DNA of 64,000 nt from Tubiluchus corallicola (lineage: Eukaryota > Animalia > Priapulida), in NCBI GenBank assembly GCA_030141605.1, contig JAQGDQ010000152.1, forward strand, positions 248,001 to 312,000, read 5' to 3'. Both the position numbers and the translations under genes were made by a program. Position 1 is the first letter of the stretch; every line of letters starts with the position of its first letter. The notes under the pieces were generated by a model. It saw only the letters and a list, made by a program, of their open reading frames with translations. It was not told the DNA's origin and did not search any database. This document shows positions 44,909-63,356 of the stretch, one piece after another.

Positions 44909-45224
44909 ATGCAAAGTCTAGTTAAAGTTCTCTGATCTGTTTGCAAGATCTTTTTTGTGAAATTAAACTGCCCCGCTAACGTCGCTTTTTGATCTTTTAG
45001 CAAGAACTTGGAACTGAAACTGATACTGTTTGTCACAGAGGAACTTGGAACTAAATTAAGTGCTTTTCCAAACTTCCGCTTTAGTTAATTTCTGCTAATT
45101 TATACATTTTTAACGTTTGCACTTGCTTTCTTTGGTTAGGCGCACCAGAAGACGGCAAACTTAGTTGTAATCCGGAATATTTAAGAAGCGTCAATTATTT
45201 TAGGTAGCTTACCATGGTTTATTC

Positions 45225-45720
45225 CAGGGGTGTGCAAATTATCTGACTAGCCGGGCCACATTAAACTTTCCCGCAATTCGTGCGGGCCACAGGCAGTTTA
45301 ATCAAGGAGCCAAGTACAGAAAGGCCTAATAACGATTTTTTGCGTCCGACCTGCGTACATCATTACTACTACACTCAAGAAACTATTTTAGAAGTTATTA
45401 AAATTTATATTACAACCCATATATTTCTACTTTCAGGACAGATAGTGCTAATTTCATTACAATGCATATTAGTAATGTGTAGCACACAGTCTGTGCAGTA
45501 CAGTGACATTAAGCTACAACCGTCTTGTAAGGGTTAATGGCATCCGATCTAGTAGAAAAAACTACCCGCACTATCTTTGGGATCGTGGCACGGACTTCAG
45601 CTGGATACACTCAATTAATCAGTGTATACACTCAATACACTCACAAATCATTAGGTTGACAAATCTCTTCTCTCTTCGCGGGCCGCAGGTGGCCCGCGGG
45701 TCGCAATTTGCACACCCCCG
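45225..45720. mobile_element. hAT-type (Charlie-like) MITE
   Basis: TIRs caggggtgtgcaaatt / aatttgcacacccccg, GC-rich subterminal gcgggcc motifs, and an 8-bp TSD gtttattc / gtttactc. Confidence 0.88.
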
Positions 45721-46271
45721 GTTTACTCAGTGCGTAATGGACTCAAAAAATAAAGCAAAAAACAATGAATATAATGAACGGAAATAGAACTAAATCCGTT
45801 TTGGCGCTAAGGATTCTGCAAATGAATCTAATTCACTTTCTAAAAAGTTGGAGAGACTAAGAACTTCAATAATGGGGGGCACCTTGAACTGCAATTAGTT
45901 TCTGTTTTTGCTAGAGAACTAGAAGCCGCAAATAATTCTAAAGCTAAGAAAATTTTACAACCCGAACAGTATTTCTCTCAAATCTGGATTGATTTTAGCA
46001 AGTAAGGCAATGCAATTGTTGTGAATCAAATTTAAAATAAAGAATTAATTGTAAATTAATTGAAATCAGTGAATGATTAGATTTCGGAGATAAAACTACC
46101 CCTCCTTGGGTTTGATATTGAAAACCACTTACAATTTGATTATAAGTGACTCACCCAACTTGTAGCTTGAATTTAATGAGTTCAGGAGCTTGAATCAAAT
46201 GAGTTCAGGTAACGTAGGTTAGTGAACGAGGAAGGAAGATTAAAGAACACGCCGGCTTGTTAAAGAGTTAA

Positions 46272-46861
46272 CATGCCAATTAGCGTACATAAAAAGATCG
46301 AGTTACCGACAGAGAAAATGATTGGGCGGATAAAGAAATCAGTGATATGCAAAACATAACTCCCGGCACGGTAGATTTGATCCCCGACTATGTGAAACCG
46401 CCAGCACACAAGACATGGGACAATTTTGACATGTCATTAGAAGACCTGAAATCCTCCATTCAAGAAAATGGGGAACGACTGAAACGCCAACGACTTAAAC
46501 TGACCGAGACAGTTCCCACAGACATACTGCCGGGTTATAAGAAATGATTCCTGATTTTGGGTATTGTGACTGCCCTCCTGATAGCAGGAATAATCTGCTG
46601 CTGGAAACATAGAGGGGGGTGATTGTACTCAACTCCTTACTACCACGATTGGGAGCAGGATATACCGCTACCCCGACCGAAAGTGAATCGCCCAGTAGGG
46701 TGCGTAAGCGCTCGTCCGAAAGGATGTCTGAGGTATACGATACCAGGACTAAGGTAAAAAGGGCCAAAAAGCGTGCAGAAGACCCACAGGAGTTAGAGTT
46801 GAGGGAAAGACCTCAACCACCTGCCCGGATAGGTATCCAAGAAAGGATACAAAAGGTCTAA
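46272..46861 (+). pseudogene. Decayed membrane-protein C-terminus (coiled segment, TM, CC, basic tail), possibly a retroelement or viral envelope remnant
   Basis: Reading through the TGA at 46545 gives FLILGIVTALLIAGIICCWKHR directly after SLEDLKSSIQENGERLKRQ...; there are frameshifts near 46318 and 46615. Confidence 0.4.
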
Positions 46862-48302
46862 GCGTAAAGAGGAAGACATAAGAAAATTAATGGTGAAATG
46901 AAACCATAGTAAAATGAAGGCTGGTGGCATATATGTGATAATGATATAATCACGCAGTTGGGAAATGGGATATATATCTGCAGTATAATTAGATATGTAT
47001 AAATAATGTAATTGACGTATGAGTAAAGTAAACTAGGCAACAAGGATACTGCTGTGTACTTTGTGTTACAGGACACGAGAAAGGGACCATTGGAGATGGA
47101 AGGCGGGGAAGAAGGCAGAGAGGATGCCGAAGCTGAAGAGAAGGAAAAGATGAAGAGGAGATCAAGAAACGGCACAGGGTCTACAGAAAGAGAATGTCAG
47201 TTAGCATCTTACCAAAGGAAACACTATGGTACCCAGGCGCTGGAAGAAACAGCCAGGGAAGAAATAGAAGAATCCAAGGAAGCCAAATAGGATTCATAGA
47301 CCCCGGTCCAAGGATTCCGTAGCAGCCAAATGGACCTTGGTCAGTGGCATCCCACCGCCATAGCCTCCAAGATGGAATGGCCCGAATAAAGAAATACAGC
47401 AGCAGACCATGAACTTGACCTTTTAAGTTTTCACAGCATATTATCACTTCTGGGGAAATTAACATCTTCAAGATAAAGTCCATGTTTAGCAAAAAACATG
47501 AAGTTGATAAGGCTGATTTTTTGAACCTCTAAAGAATGATTTTATACAGTGGTTTTCCGCAAGCCATAATAAGCACTCAGCGGCAAGGCTTGCTTAATGT
47601 GAGTAGTTGTGGTGACACTGGAACCTAATCCTCATTATCAAGGCCAACCCTCTAACATTAGACGTGGATGTCTTAACAAGTGTCTGCACCACGTATGGAC
47701 ATGAATGCATTCAACACGGTAAGAAGTGATAGTCAGTTTGGTGAATTAAACTGTACACTGTACAGAGCGAGTGTTCAACCCACCATTCATTCACTGACAA
47801 ATCTAGGCATTGCTCAACTTCAGTACCTAAACGCACGTGACCACTTGGCTATTTCCGTTCAAAATTGTCGTGGCAGTTTTGGACATGTCACAAACAACAA
47901 CGTTGTAAGTCGCTAGATAGTCATTTGTGTTAATGTTATCTTTTAAGTAGCATAAATGTGATGTTTGTCATTTCTTGCCACACTCATCCTGCGACAGCTG
48001 CAGGCACAGGTAATCACTTACCTGTTTATAATCCTCATTTACACGATTCTCCGACAACAATAAAGAAGTCAAAGCATTTGTCATGCACATCTTTGTTTAT
48101 GTCCTCACCTAACTTCCACTTTCGATATTGCAATTAACGAAATTACAAACTGCAAAAAACTGGTACTGTACATTGCAAGTAGTCTTTTGAATTGAAAAGG
48201 AATTTACATGTATTTTAGAACTTTCTAGATGCCGTCCTTGGTATGCGAAGTTTAAATGAAGCTTAATCGTGAAGCAAATATCAATTATATTTCTTTATCA
48301 TC

Positions 48303-48712
48303 TTTAAAGGAAGACAGGACGATTTTTCATATACTACCCTCAAATCCGATATAAAGTATACATTTTAACACAATTAATACTGCGAAAGTGTTTCTGATAA
48401 TTAAATAATAGATTAAAAACTTAAATAACAGCGGGCAAAACCCAACTATTGATGACATCACAAACGAACATAGTTTTCAACAGCAAAAATATTCTACAAG
48501 CGTGGTGCGCATGTTTGGAAAAGTAAAATTGAAAATTGAAGTACAGTGCTACTGTAAGATATTCAATGTGTTGTACTAAAACTAGGCGAGTTTTAAGATA
48601 AAAATTCAAATTTCAGATTTACCGCTGTGAGCTGTTAAACGCGTGTAATTCGTCTCAAACTAACACATCTGAACTGAGAGGTACAGCACCTGCTTTTTTG
48701 CAATACATTGTC
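48303..48712 (+). mobile_element. Old non-autonomous DNA-transposon copy (begins ttaaagg), inverted partner of 51453-52168
   Basis: Shares blocks such as aacacatctgaactgagaggtaca, aaaattgaagtacagtgc.actgta and gatgacatcacaaa with the reverse complement of 51453-52168. Confidence 0.7.
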
Positions 48713-50118
48713 GAAAAGCCAGCACTAGTGCCTGTTTAACGAGCGAATGGCAAAATGCATGTAACAATAAAGAACTAGTGGTGCAAACATGAAATTATGT
48801 AAGTCAGTGTTGAAAAAATAGTCAACATCCTTCCAAAATTTTAAAAGGTAGATTGTTTTGAACTACAGTTTAAGATTGGGTCCACTTTTGCTTTAGGGTC
48901 TTCGAGGTTTTAGGTGCAGTAGTACCATTTTGTTTGTAAGCAGTACTTTTATCTAATATGGTACACTAATACGCTAGCATGGCGGTTTTGCTTTTAATCT
49001 GTTACCCACTCGTCCACTGCAATTAACCTCCTCACCCAAGAATTCCTGGAAGCTAAACATTTAATCACTTGTCCGGCAGTTTACTTTTGAAGTTCTGGTT
49101 GCAAATCAGGTTGCTTAAACAGTTAACAATCAAAGACGCAGGTACAGTAACCAGTCAATATTCTTTGTGACTTACAAGAGTGAACATCATACGAACATCA
49201 TACAACAAATAAGAGCATAGAGTTAAGAAGTTTGAAACACTGCAACTCCAGTACGCCAACAGCTAAATGTTTGCGAGAACACGTGCATCACATAGCAACA
49301 GATTTTCAATGTTTTTATAATTATGAGAACTTTGTGAGCCAACTTCTTCATGACAAAATGAAGCAGCTGACTTCGAAGAAATTTTTGTAATTTTTGCAAA
49401 TAAACAGACTTAAGAAAAATCTGTGATTTAGAAAAGTATACTTTTTAATTTATTTATTGACTTATGTAAATTAATATTTTTAAATATTTTTTTTCTAATT
49501 TTTAACTGTACAAAGGAATTTAGGGGAATAGTTTGTTTCTAAAATTCATTGAAAACCATAGTAAGCTGGTGATTCATACTTCTATACCTGTAATACAACA
49601 CCCATGGGTTAATAGGTTCAGTCGGTTAATTTGGTCAAAACACTTCGGTCCCAAAATTAGACTATTAAGCGACGCCTACTGTAAATCAAATGTATTCATT
49701 ACAAACGGACAGTACCAAGACATTATTGTCACCGTGTCCAAAATCATTATTATCTCAAAAAATGAATTAACATCGTCAGCATCATTATCATCATCGCAGT
49801 TGTCATCATTATCGTAACAAGCAGCAGGCGAATATTATCACATGCCTGCAGATAAATGTTGAGATAAAACAAAATGCAGAAACGCGTTTTCAGTAGTCAC
49901 ACATGTAGAGCAAGTTTCAGAAAGGTGATATATAAATAACACATGAGAGACGCTACAACAATCCCGAAAACTCATGACTTTTTAAAACATTAGGAGGTAG
50001 ACGACAAAACATTCTGCTTAAATGCCGGATGTTGAGTCTTCCATATCACAAAGTCAAGTTGAAATATATCATTCAGATCTGCTAAATTATCACTGACTAA
50101 TGTGAGCTTCAACTGTGT

Positions 50119-52357
50119 TCAGAACACGGTTTTATAACCTAAAATTTTCAATAAACTGCCGCATTTTTCTTCCACTTCTGCTATAACGTTTTTCGGGAGA
50201 TGTTTCATCCACGCAAGCGCGGTCAGCGTGGAATTTCTGCGAGCCGTGGAGTACGCGTCACGGTCCTGATTCTGCGAGTGTTGTTCAACAAAGCGTGATA
50301 TGAACGCCTCGGAGACTGCCAAACCAGCAAACTCGTACAACTGTTTGATCACATTCCTCGTGTTTATAGCCAAATCTTCGTAATGTAATAAGAAATAGTT
50401 CTTTTTCGGCAGTAGCGTGGCGCCCTCTACGTTAGTCTTAATTTTTCTGCACATTCTTTCTGCTTCGTGTGGCACTTTGTCCATTGGTATGTGATCTGGA
50501 GACGAAGCTGGTATGCGATTAATGGACGATACGATTCCACGTGGATCTCGAACCAGGTGGATTACTTTTACGTCCAACGATGGATCATTTACAAGTGGAG
50601 TTAATGCTCCAGGTAATGTGGAACGGATAATTTTCACGGCTATCGTTTTTGATTTGCACATTTTACTCAAATCCGCTGCAGTTAACTGGACAAAGTTGCA
50701 CTTGTCTTTCTTCAGCGTAAGACTCAGATTAGTGCAACCAAGGAAATCAGTTATGACACGACTGCGACATAAATGACATGTACTCTTATCATGCGAATCT
50801 TCTAGCCACCAAAGTGGCAACTCGTCGAACGCACAATGCAGCATTTTACCGAGAAAGTCAACAGAATGACGATCCAGCGCACCTCCAACGCTAAAGTCAC
50901 GATTTTCGTGTTGCAGTAAGCTGAACACTCTCCGCAGGGGTTCATACAAATAAAACACATCCGGATGAAGGTTTAATATGTCACCAGTAAAAGAGCTGCC
51001 ACTCCGATGATAACCAAGCAGGACAATCACGCGGCGTCTCTTTGTTTGACGTTGAACAGCTCTTCCACCAAGAGCGATGGAAGTGGCGTCTATAAAAAGA
51101 AACGCAAATCATTAGTAATATTTTAGCTTTTTCACCTTGGATGAGCCTACACCATGTTTATCACACACAACTCCTTTATATGTGTATCTTTACAACTGTG
51201 AGTACCTCTTCCGATTTTATAAAACTCTGGCAACAATATTAAAGGAGACTGGATCCAATCTTGAACTATAGCTCAAAGTAATCTACCCTATAAAATTAAA
51301 GAAAGCTGGACCCAATCTTGAACTATAGTTCATAGCAATCTACCGTATAAAATATTGAAAGGAAACGTACATATTTTGAGAGAATGACTTACATTTTCAC
51401 TGTACATACATTTGCCATGCGCTAGTTGAGTGGGCAGTTAGACCTGCACCTCGGAAATGCATTGTGCAAGAATCAGGTGTTGTACCTCTCAGTTCAGATG
51501 TGTTCAATTGTGACAGTGTACACATGTTCGACAGTTCATATGTGAGCACAACAGTAACTTGAAATTTGAATTTTAAACTCGAAATTTGCCGAGTTTTTGT
51601 GTATCACACTGAATGTTGTACAGTGGCACTGTACTTCAATTTTTACTTTCGCAAACACATACACATGCTCGTGGAATGTTTGTGCCGTTGAAAATAATGT
51701 TCAGTCGTGAGTAAAGGAAAGCTGTGTTAAACAGTGATTTTGATTAAATTGGTGATTAAATTATTAAATTAATAATTCAAGATTAAATGCTTGATGATGC
51801 AAGATAAAACTATCGTAGTGGCTAGAAGCCTAGTTAGGTGTGGCATCAGTGACCAGCTGATGTTCGACCGGCTGACTGATGATGTAATCCTTATGCGCAG
51901 AAGCTCATGGCGCATTAGGTAGTTAGACAAAAGTGTTTTGAGGCCCACACCTCGTGGGAGATTAGGAACTGACTTGAAGACGGAGGGCTGGCAATTATTT
52001 TACTTTGTGATGTCATCACTATTTGGGCTTGCTGATATTAATTAAGTTTTAAGCTTATTATTTAATTACCAGAAATGCTTTGGCATTATTGTAAGTCTTG
52101 AAATGTATACTTTTTGCTGTACTTCAAAATGGGATGGGATATCAATAAACTCACTGTTTGCCTTTAACTGTTGCATTTAAAAACATATAAAGAACCTGCC
52201 AATTGTGGAAACTAAGAAAAAACTAACCTTTACGTAGTTGTACATTTGAAGAGACGAATCTTGTTTGTTTAAGCAACTGAACCAACATGAACGCAGCAAA
52301 TGACAACAAAACTAACAGGAAACATAAAAACGTGATTTTCATTTCGAATGCTTTCAT
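50119..52357 (-). CDS. Golgi carbohydrate sulfotransferase (Gal/GlcNAc-6-O-sulfotransferase CHST1/3-like family); exons 52228-52357 and 50119-51089 (366 aa)
   Basis: 5'-PSB motif LLGYHRSGSSFTG..L..HPDVFYLYEP, K.IR, 3'-PB motif VIHLVRDPRG..SS, YEDLA and W...L....I..VEE.C. Exon 1 encodes a type II TM anchor (ITFLCFLLVLLSFAAFMLV) joined by a phase-1 GT-AG intron. Confidence 0.92.
51453..52168 (-). mobile_element. Old DNA-transposon copy in the sulfotransferase intron, inverted relative to 48303-48712, with an extra internal segment
   Basis: Reverse-complement similarity to 48303-48712; ends in cctttaa. Confidence 0.65.
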
Positions 52358-52821
52358 TTCACATCACCCTTCCTGTGAAAAGTCGAGTTTCTGGTCGAAA
52401 CTTCCTCCTATCTGTTTCATCTGAAGCCGAAAAACAGCAAAATATTACTTCTATGCAGCTAAATCAATGCTTGATGTTACTTAGTGCTGCCACCTATCGT
52501 CAATTTTTTAAACAGAGGAAAATAGCATACTTTGAAATGGAGTTTTTGAAATTTTGACATTTTTTCCAATATGTGCAAGATCTCACAAACTGAAAAAAAC
52601 AATGAATTCTGATGCACCTTATTACTTGTTTCAGTAATTAGTGACAATAAGTAACAATATTATTGATAATGAGTGTAGTTACTTATTTAAGTCTACCAAA
52701 TTGTTAATAATAGTCAAAATACATGTAGAATTCTCATGCAGTAAAGTTCAACCTGGCGCTGACCGTTACTTCTGTGGCTAATTCTGTGAGTTTTAGCCTC
52801 CAAGACAAATAAACTTTGATC

Positions 52822-53114
52822 CTGTGGCGGATTTACAATGAGACTCGAGAAGTTTTAAATCCAGAAGGACGTGATTCCTGAAGGGAGGTCCGAGAGCAAC
52901 TTTTTAATGAGTGACCATAACAGTACCTACTTCTCACATATATCTAAAATGTAAAATGATATTTTATTGTCTAAGAGACGCCCATATTATCAATGATTAC
53001 GCTCCCTCACCCCTAATTCACGCCCCTTGGGCCTTAAAGATGTCTTGTTAGCGTTGGTTAAAGAGAGAGTTCGGTTCCCATAACTTCGAGACCCCCACAC
53101 GTAGATCCGCCACT
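52822..53114. mobile_element. Degenerate MITE (gtggcggat...atccgccac TIRs, PIF/Harbinger-like)
   Basis: Inverted ends gtggcggatttac / gtagatccgccac. Confidence 0.6.
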
Positions 53115-53739
53115 ATTGTTTGGTGAATCTCGTTCTCCGTGCTGATGAATTCCTCCCACATTACACTTCTCACATATCTGCTACATTGAAAACCAGTAAT
53201 AATGTCAGCTAAAAGCCCCAAAGATAAACTTCAGCCGCACTTGTCAATAAAAACACGGATTTGCACTTAAATGCAACTGATTATAGAAACTGTAATGCGC
53301 GGCTCTGAGCACACGACCGCCCGTGGCAGCGTGCTAAACTCAGCCCTACAGTCCAAGAAAACAACAACAGCCTCAAATCTATTGTACTCTACCGACACGT
53401 TACCTGTGTTTAAATCAAGGCCATTCAAGTATCAGGTATACGCGCACTGAGATCTCTTAACAATGGTCAAATATCAGCTGTACGCGCACTCAGACCTCTT
53501 AACAACACAGTTGACCACAAAAAGAAATGACCCTGCCCATTCACAAAATAGAAAAAGACACACGCGTTACACACGAAAAACGTGTAAGGCTACAGCACAA
53601 GTATCACACAGCGATCAGCTGTATCCGCTCCCAGACAGCTTTAAAAACTACGTAAGTTTACAGGCCAAATTCTAATCATGTACACATTTTGCACGTGCAG
53701 GCAAGAATTTCCACAGCCTTCACGCTTCAACGCTTTCTA

Positions 53740-54080
53740 CAGGGTTGTCCGGAAAAAAACGTTCCCCAAACTCGTAAAAGTTTATCCTAGTAGAGACGTT
53801 TGTAAGAGAGATTTAAATCATCGTGTAGCCGATGTTCCTATTTCCAAAGAGTTACAAAATGGCCCTCCGAGACCCCATTTTTAAACGTTTTTTGCAAAAT
53901 CGCTAATTTTGGATATTTTCACATCTGCCATTCATAGAGGAACGCCGTGTGGCAAATTGCTAGCTCTTTGGAAAGAGAAGAAACCGGGCTATCTTGCGAT
54001 GTAGGGCCCTTTTAAAAACGCCTCTACCAGGATGAAATACATTGAGTTAACTTGGAGAAAAGTTTTTAAGGATAATCCTG
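53740..54080. mobile_element. Degenerate Tc1/mariner-type MITE
   Basis: Ends ta-cagggttgtcc / ggataatcctg. The internal segment (tagctcttt.gaaagag...gggcta) also appears at about 12270-12340. Confidence 0.55.
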
Positions 54081-54955
54081 TCACAGTCTATAGTAACATG
54101 CGTAACATCATACGGACTTTATTAAAACTCCATCCTGTCACTATGGCCGCCCTATGTTTGTAAAGTTCACGCCTCTATTAGGTATTTACAACAGATCACA
54201 GTAAATTACACATGATCAGGGCGCGGATATTTCTAGTAAATAGTTTATACAGCACCTGACTTTTGCTTGAGTATTTAACATAAAACTTCCGCTGTTTGTA
54301 TTTAAGCTGCACCTGACACGTCATAGTCTCATAAACAAGGCGTGTATATTTACTATGTATTACTGATGACATTTTGTCGTACTGCATTACCGGTAACCAA
54401 GGTGCTTGTTGCCTGACGTGAAACACAAGTGTACGTACAATGCTCAAAGGAAAGCAGAGTCTAAATTGGTCACTAATTGGAAGGGTGACTATTGCAAAGC
54501 ACAAGAAGTCTATTGAAAACCGATGACTATACAAACAGTAACTCTGTCCACTTCTAGTCTCTTACTACACATTAGAAAGCTTTCAAATGGCCCTGTGTAA
54601 AATAAACGTTGCTAAATGGCTTATGATACTAAAAGAACTTAAGATCCTTCAATACTAATTTGCAGATGCCTCCACAAGCTTATCTGTTAAATGTCGATCA
54701 ATGGCATGTTTCTTATCATCTTAGTGTTCACTTTATCTTTCAGGATAGTTCCACTGGAGCTTGTAGGATTGAGGTTCAGTGATTTTCCAGGTCATTTAGT
54801 AGTTCAATAAGAAGAAACAATCCTGTAGTTTTTAGGAGGTCACTGCTCTGATTACACCCCCTCGAGATTTCAGACTACACGAGATGTGCCAGGCTTTCAC
54901 ACGATATTTTGAGATTATGGTAAAGTCCCTATTGTTCCAGCAATGTTTTGATGTA

Positions 54956-55418
54956 CATTGTTCCCTCGTTACTTCGCGGTTCATTTATCGCGGACTCACT
55001 GTTTCGCGGGTTTCAAAAATATTAATGTAAAATATTTATTGCGGTATTTTCTCTGTTTCGCGGGTTTTTGCGGTACTCCGTCTAAAGTATTTTTGCACAT
55101 GCGTAGTACGTATTGTACAATAATGTACAGATTTGATGAATTTTGCATAAAATATTATAAATCATAAAAAATACCATTTACAGTAAATAGTGCATTTATT
55201 CGGCGGATGAATACAACCCAAAAACGAAATGTAGTACTTGCGCCTGTTTGAGATGCTACTTGCCGACCTGAGATTGTACACGACACACGATTGGTTGATT
55301 GATGGAATGTAAAAGAATGTAAAACTACTAAAATAAGTATAGCGTCACTACTTCGCGGAAATTCACTTATCGCGGGTGAGCCTGGAATGGAACACCTGTG
55401 ATAAGCGGGAGAACACTG
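54956..55418. mobile_element. Tigger/pogo-like MITE
   Basis: TA-cattgttccctcg ... cgggagaacactg-TA, with repeated ttcgcgg/atcgcgg subterminal motifs. Confidence 0.75.
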
Positions 55419-55658
55419 TAATAAATTGTTGTGCATTGTTGCTCGTTGTTTTTATATGCCTCACCCATTAGCAAAGAGTTATTTAACACCCCGTGAAAAA
55501 ATACACTGAAAACAACACGGTTATGAGCTGCATGAACTAAACAAACTTTTGGTTATCTGTGCATTATTAACCCAACCATCAACACTTTCTGACATGACAT
55601 ATCTGTTTTTAAACTTGTCAAGCTCAGAATTAAGCCATGCATGAACGGGTAACGACTC

Positions 55659-55873
55659 AGGACATGTTCGCACAGGTGATAAGATGAAACAATAGACTGA
55701 ACGGAGAAAGAATCAGGACACATCACAACTCGGGACATGTTGCACAGGTGATAAGATGAAACAATACAGACTGAACGGAGAAAGAATCAGGACACATCAC
55801 AACTCGGGACATGTTCACACAGGTGATAAGATGAAACAATACAGACTGAATGGAGAAAGAATCAGGACACATC
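55659..55873. repeat. Three tandem copies of a ~73-bp unit
   Basis: ggacatgtt..cacaggtgataagatgaaacaata..gactgaa.ggagaaagaatcaggacacatca occurs three times. Confidence 0.9.
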
Positions 55874-58101
55874 ATATCACTCATAAATTTAAATCAGAAA
55901 TTAAATCCACGAAATGAATTTCGTGACATAGGATTGTTGTCTTTTCTTCTTCATACTTCATTTTAAAACAATTTTTTCCACTTCACTACAAAAGGAATGA
56001 TTCGAATTTTCACTGGTTTTTCAACACACTTATTACTTCCTAAGCAAAATGCACAACACTTTTTAATGAGACTACAAAACTACAAAACTGCGTTACTGTT
56101 ATACCTATAACTGTTCAACAAATGTAAAGATATCCTAAACACATTGCATAGTAGACTAGGCAGCAATATCTAAGACGGAGACAGAAAGCAGACATGCAAA
56201 CTAGTGTACTAGACGTGGTAGCATGGTCAAAGGTTAAGACAGAATATTCAAACTGGATTATTAGGATTAGTAGCCCACTTAATCAATCATTTTTCAAGCC
56301 CATCTCAGAAGACATGATGATTGAACAAGGCAGTCCCACATAAACGTACTGCAAATTTTTTTATAGACCTCCAAGCTAGTGAATGACCATAAAATCAATG
56401 GAAAAACGCATACGGGAAGTTACTTCATGTGCCGTCGAAGTCCAATGTTGACAGTATACAATGGCATCCAGGCACAGATATTATTATCATTTCACAAGCT
56501 ACTGTTAAAGGTTAAACAATTATCATCATATAAAATCATTCAGCAGTCAATGACTACCATAGTAAGATAACTATTATGTATCTAAAGTTAATCTAGTCAT
56601 TTTGGTACATCATAGCTAGACAGCTATGAAAATAATGAAAAAGAAATGTTCTGATCAGAGGTCTTCCAGGAGCTAAATGAATTTAATTTTTATAATTAAT
56701 TTTACATTTAATAATTATAACTTAAAACCGGGATCATTTTATTTAATTTGTAATACTTTTGAAAAATTAGGCATTTAGGCAATTCCAATAATTCAATTCA
56801 ATTCAATTCAATTTATTTATTGACTCCACAAGAATGATCAAAATACAGTATTAGGAATACATGCAATATTTCGAAGCAAAGGAGAAGGGCAGCGAAGAAC
56901 CCGTAGGTTATCAAGTCAGCCACTCTTAGATAGCTAGGATTAAATAAAATAAATTATGGCATCGTTCTGTTGATGTGTGTATTTGGCAATTAAATGATAG
57001 GTATCGTAATACTGTAGAACATAATAATTTAAATAATGAAAGATTTACAATTCTAAAATACTGTGAATCATGCGAGGCAAACACAATAAAAATAACTTAA
57101 GATTTTTAACATAACAATACGGTAAGGAAAATTATATTAAAATGTATAAAAGAATTATGTGGACTGATAACATTGTTTTCGGTTAAACTAACATCATACT
57201 CTGTTTTCTTGCAAATTACCCGCGCATATTTAACAGTAATGAATAGGTTGGTTCCTATACCAATAGGTCAGAATACTTCTTTTCATTTTAACATAATGAG
57301 TTTTAGGCATTTAGCAACAAGCTAAGAAGCTTACAAAAGCAAAACCATAAGCAGTCACTGGCCTGCCAAATCAAGCATTCCTTGAGTCTGTGCCTTAGCT
57401 TTATAAAGTCACGTATGCTCTTTTACAGACCTTATGAGGTGTAAAATGCTGTCTATTCTCTTCTGATAAGCGAATTAAGAAGTTTCAGTGTTTAAACACA
57501 TCAAATTATACCATTTTCATTTTACAATCAGTGTTGACTGCTTACATTTTTATTCTTGATTGATAAAATGCAATTCTGTCTTTTAGTGCTGTAAATTTTT
57601 CCCATTTATGATGATATAAATTTTCTAAACCGACTAATCACAGGACAATTCAAATTATCCAGGAAAAATGAACAACACTATAACAAACTTTTATACACTT
57701 AATAATAATAACACAAAATAAAAAAGCAACGGTTTGTGTATCAACATATAAATATATATATATATAAATCTATAAACTTGAAGTTTATAAATTTAAACTA
57801 TAAATTTAGTTTAATATATATATATATATATTATATATATATATATTAACTAATAATATTTTATATACTATAAATTTATATATATATAAATCTATAAACT
57901 TAAAGTTTATACATAATAGTTAATTAAGTGAATAACTGAAACTTCTGAGCCTACCAGGATTTAAACATGTAACCTTGCAAATACATGTTTGGCTTATCAC
58001 GCTTTCATATCTAAAAATCTATTAACGAAAAATGATGTTAATAGCATTTGTGTGTACAATACACACTTGATGTTCAAATGCTGACTCATTTTCTAGGAAG
58101 C

Positions 58102-63074
<4,973 letters not shown>

Positions 63075-63356
63075 CTGAAAATAACATTAATATGAGTTAC
63101 TAACTGTTACAACCTACAACATAACAATGGAAACTTATCTTATTGTACAACATCGCCAATTGTCCTTCTAATTTCCTCTCTCAACTTTTTACTCAAATCG
63201 CTCTTGACTGTTTTCATGCTGGTTTTCACAACAGACATTAAAGCAAAAATAAGTTGACCCCTTTTCTAAGTACACGTATAGCATTGTGTGAAACTAGCGA
63301 AACTGTGAAATTTAAAACATAAAATAAAATCAGTACCGCTGTGTTGATTTTTTATA

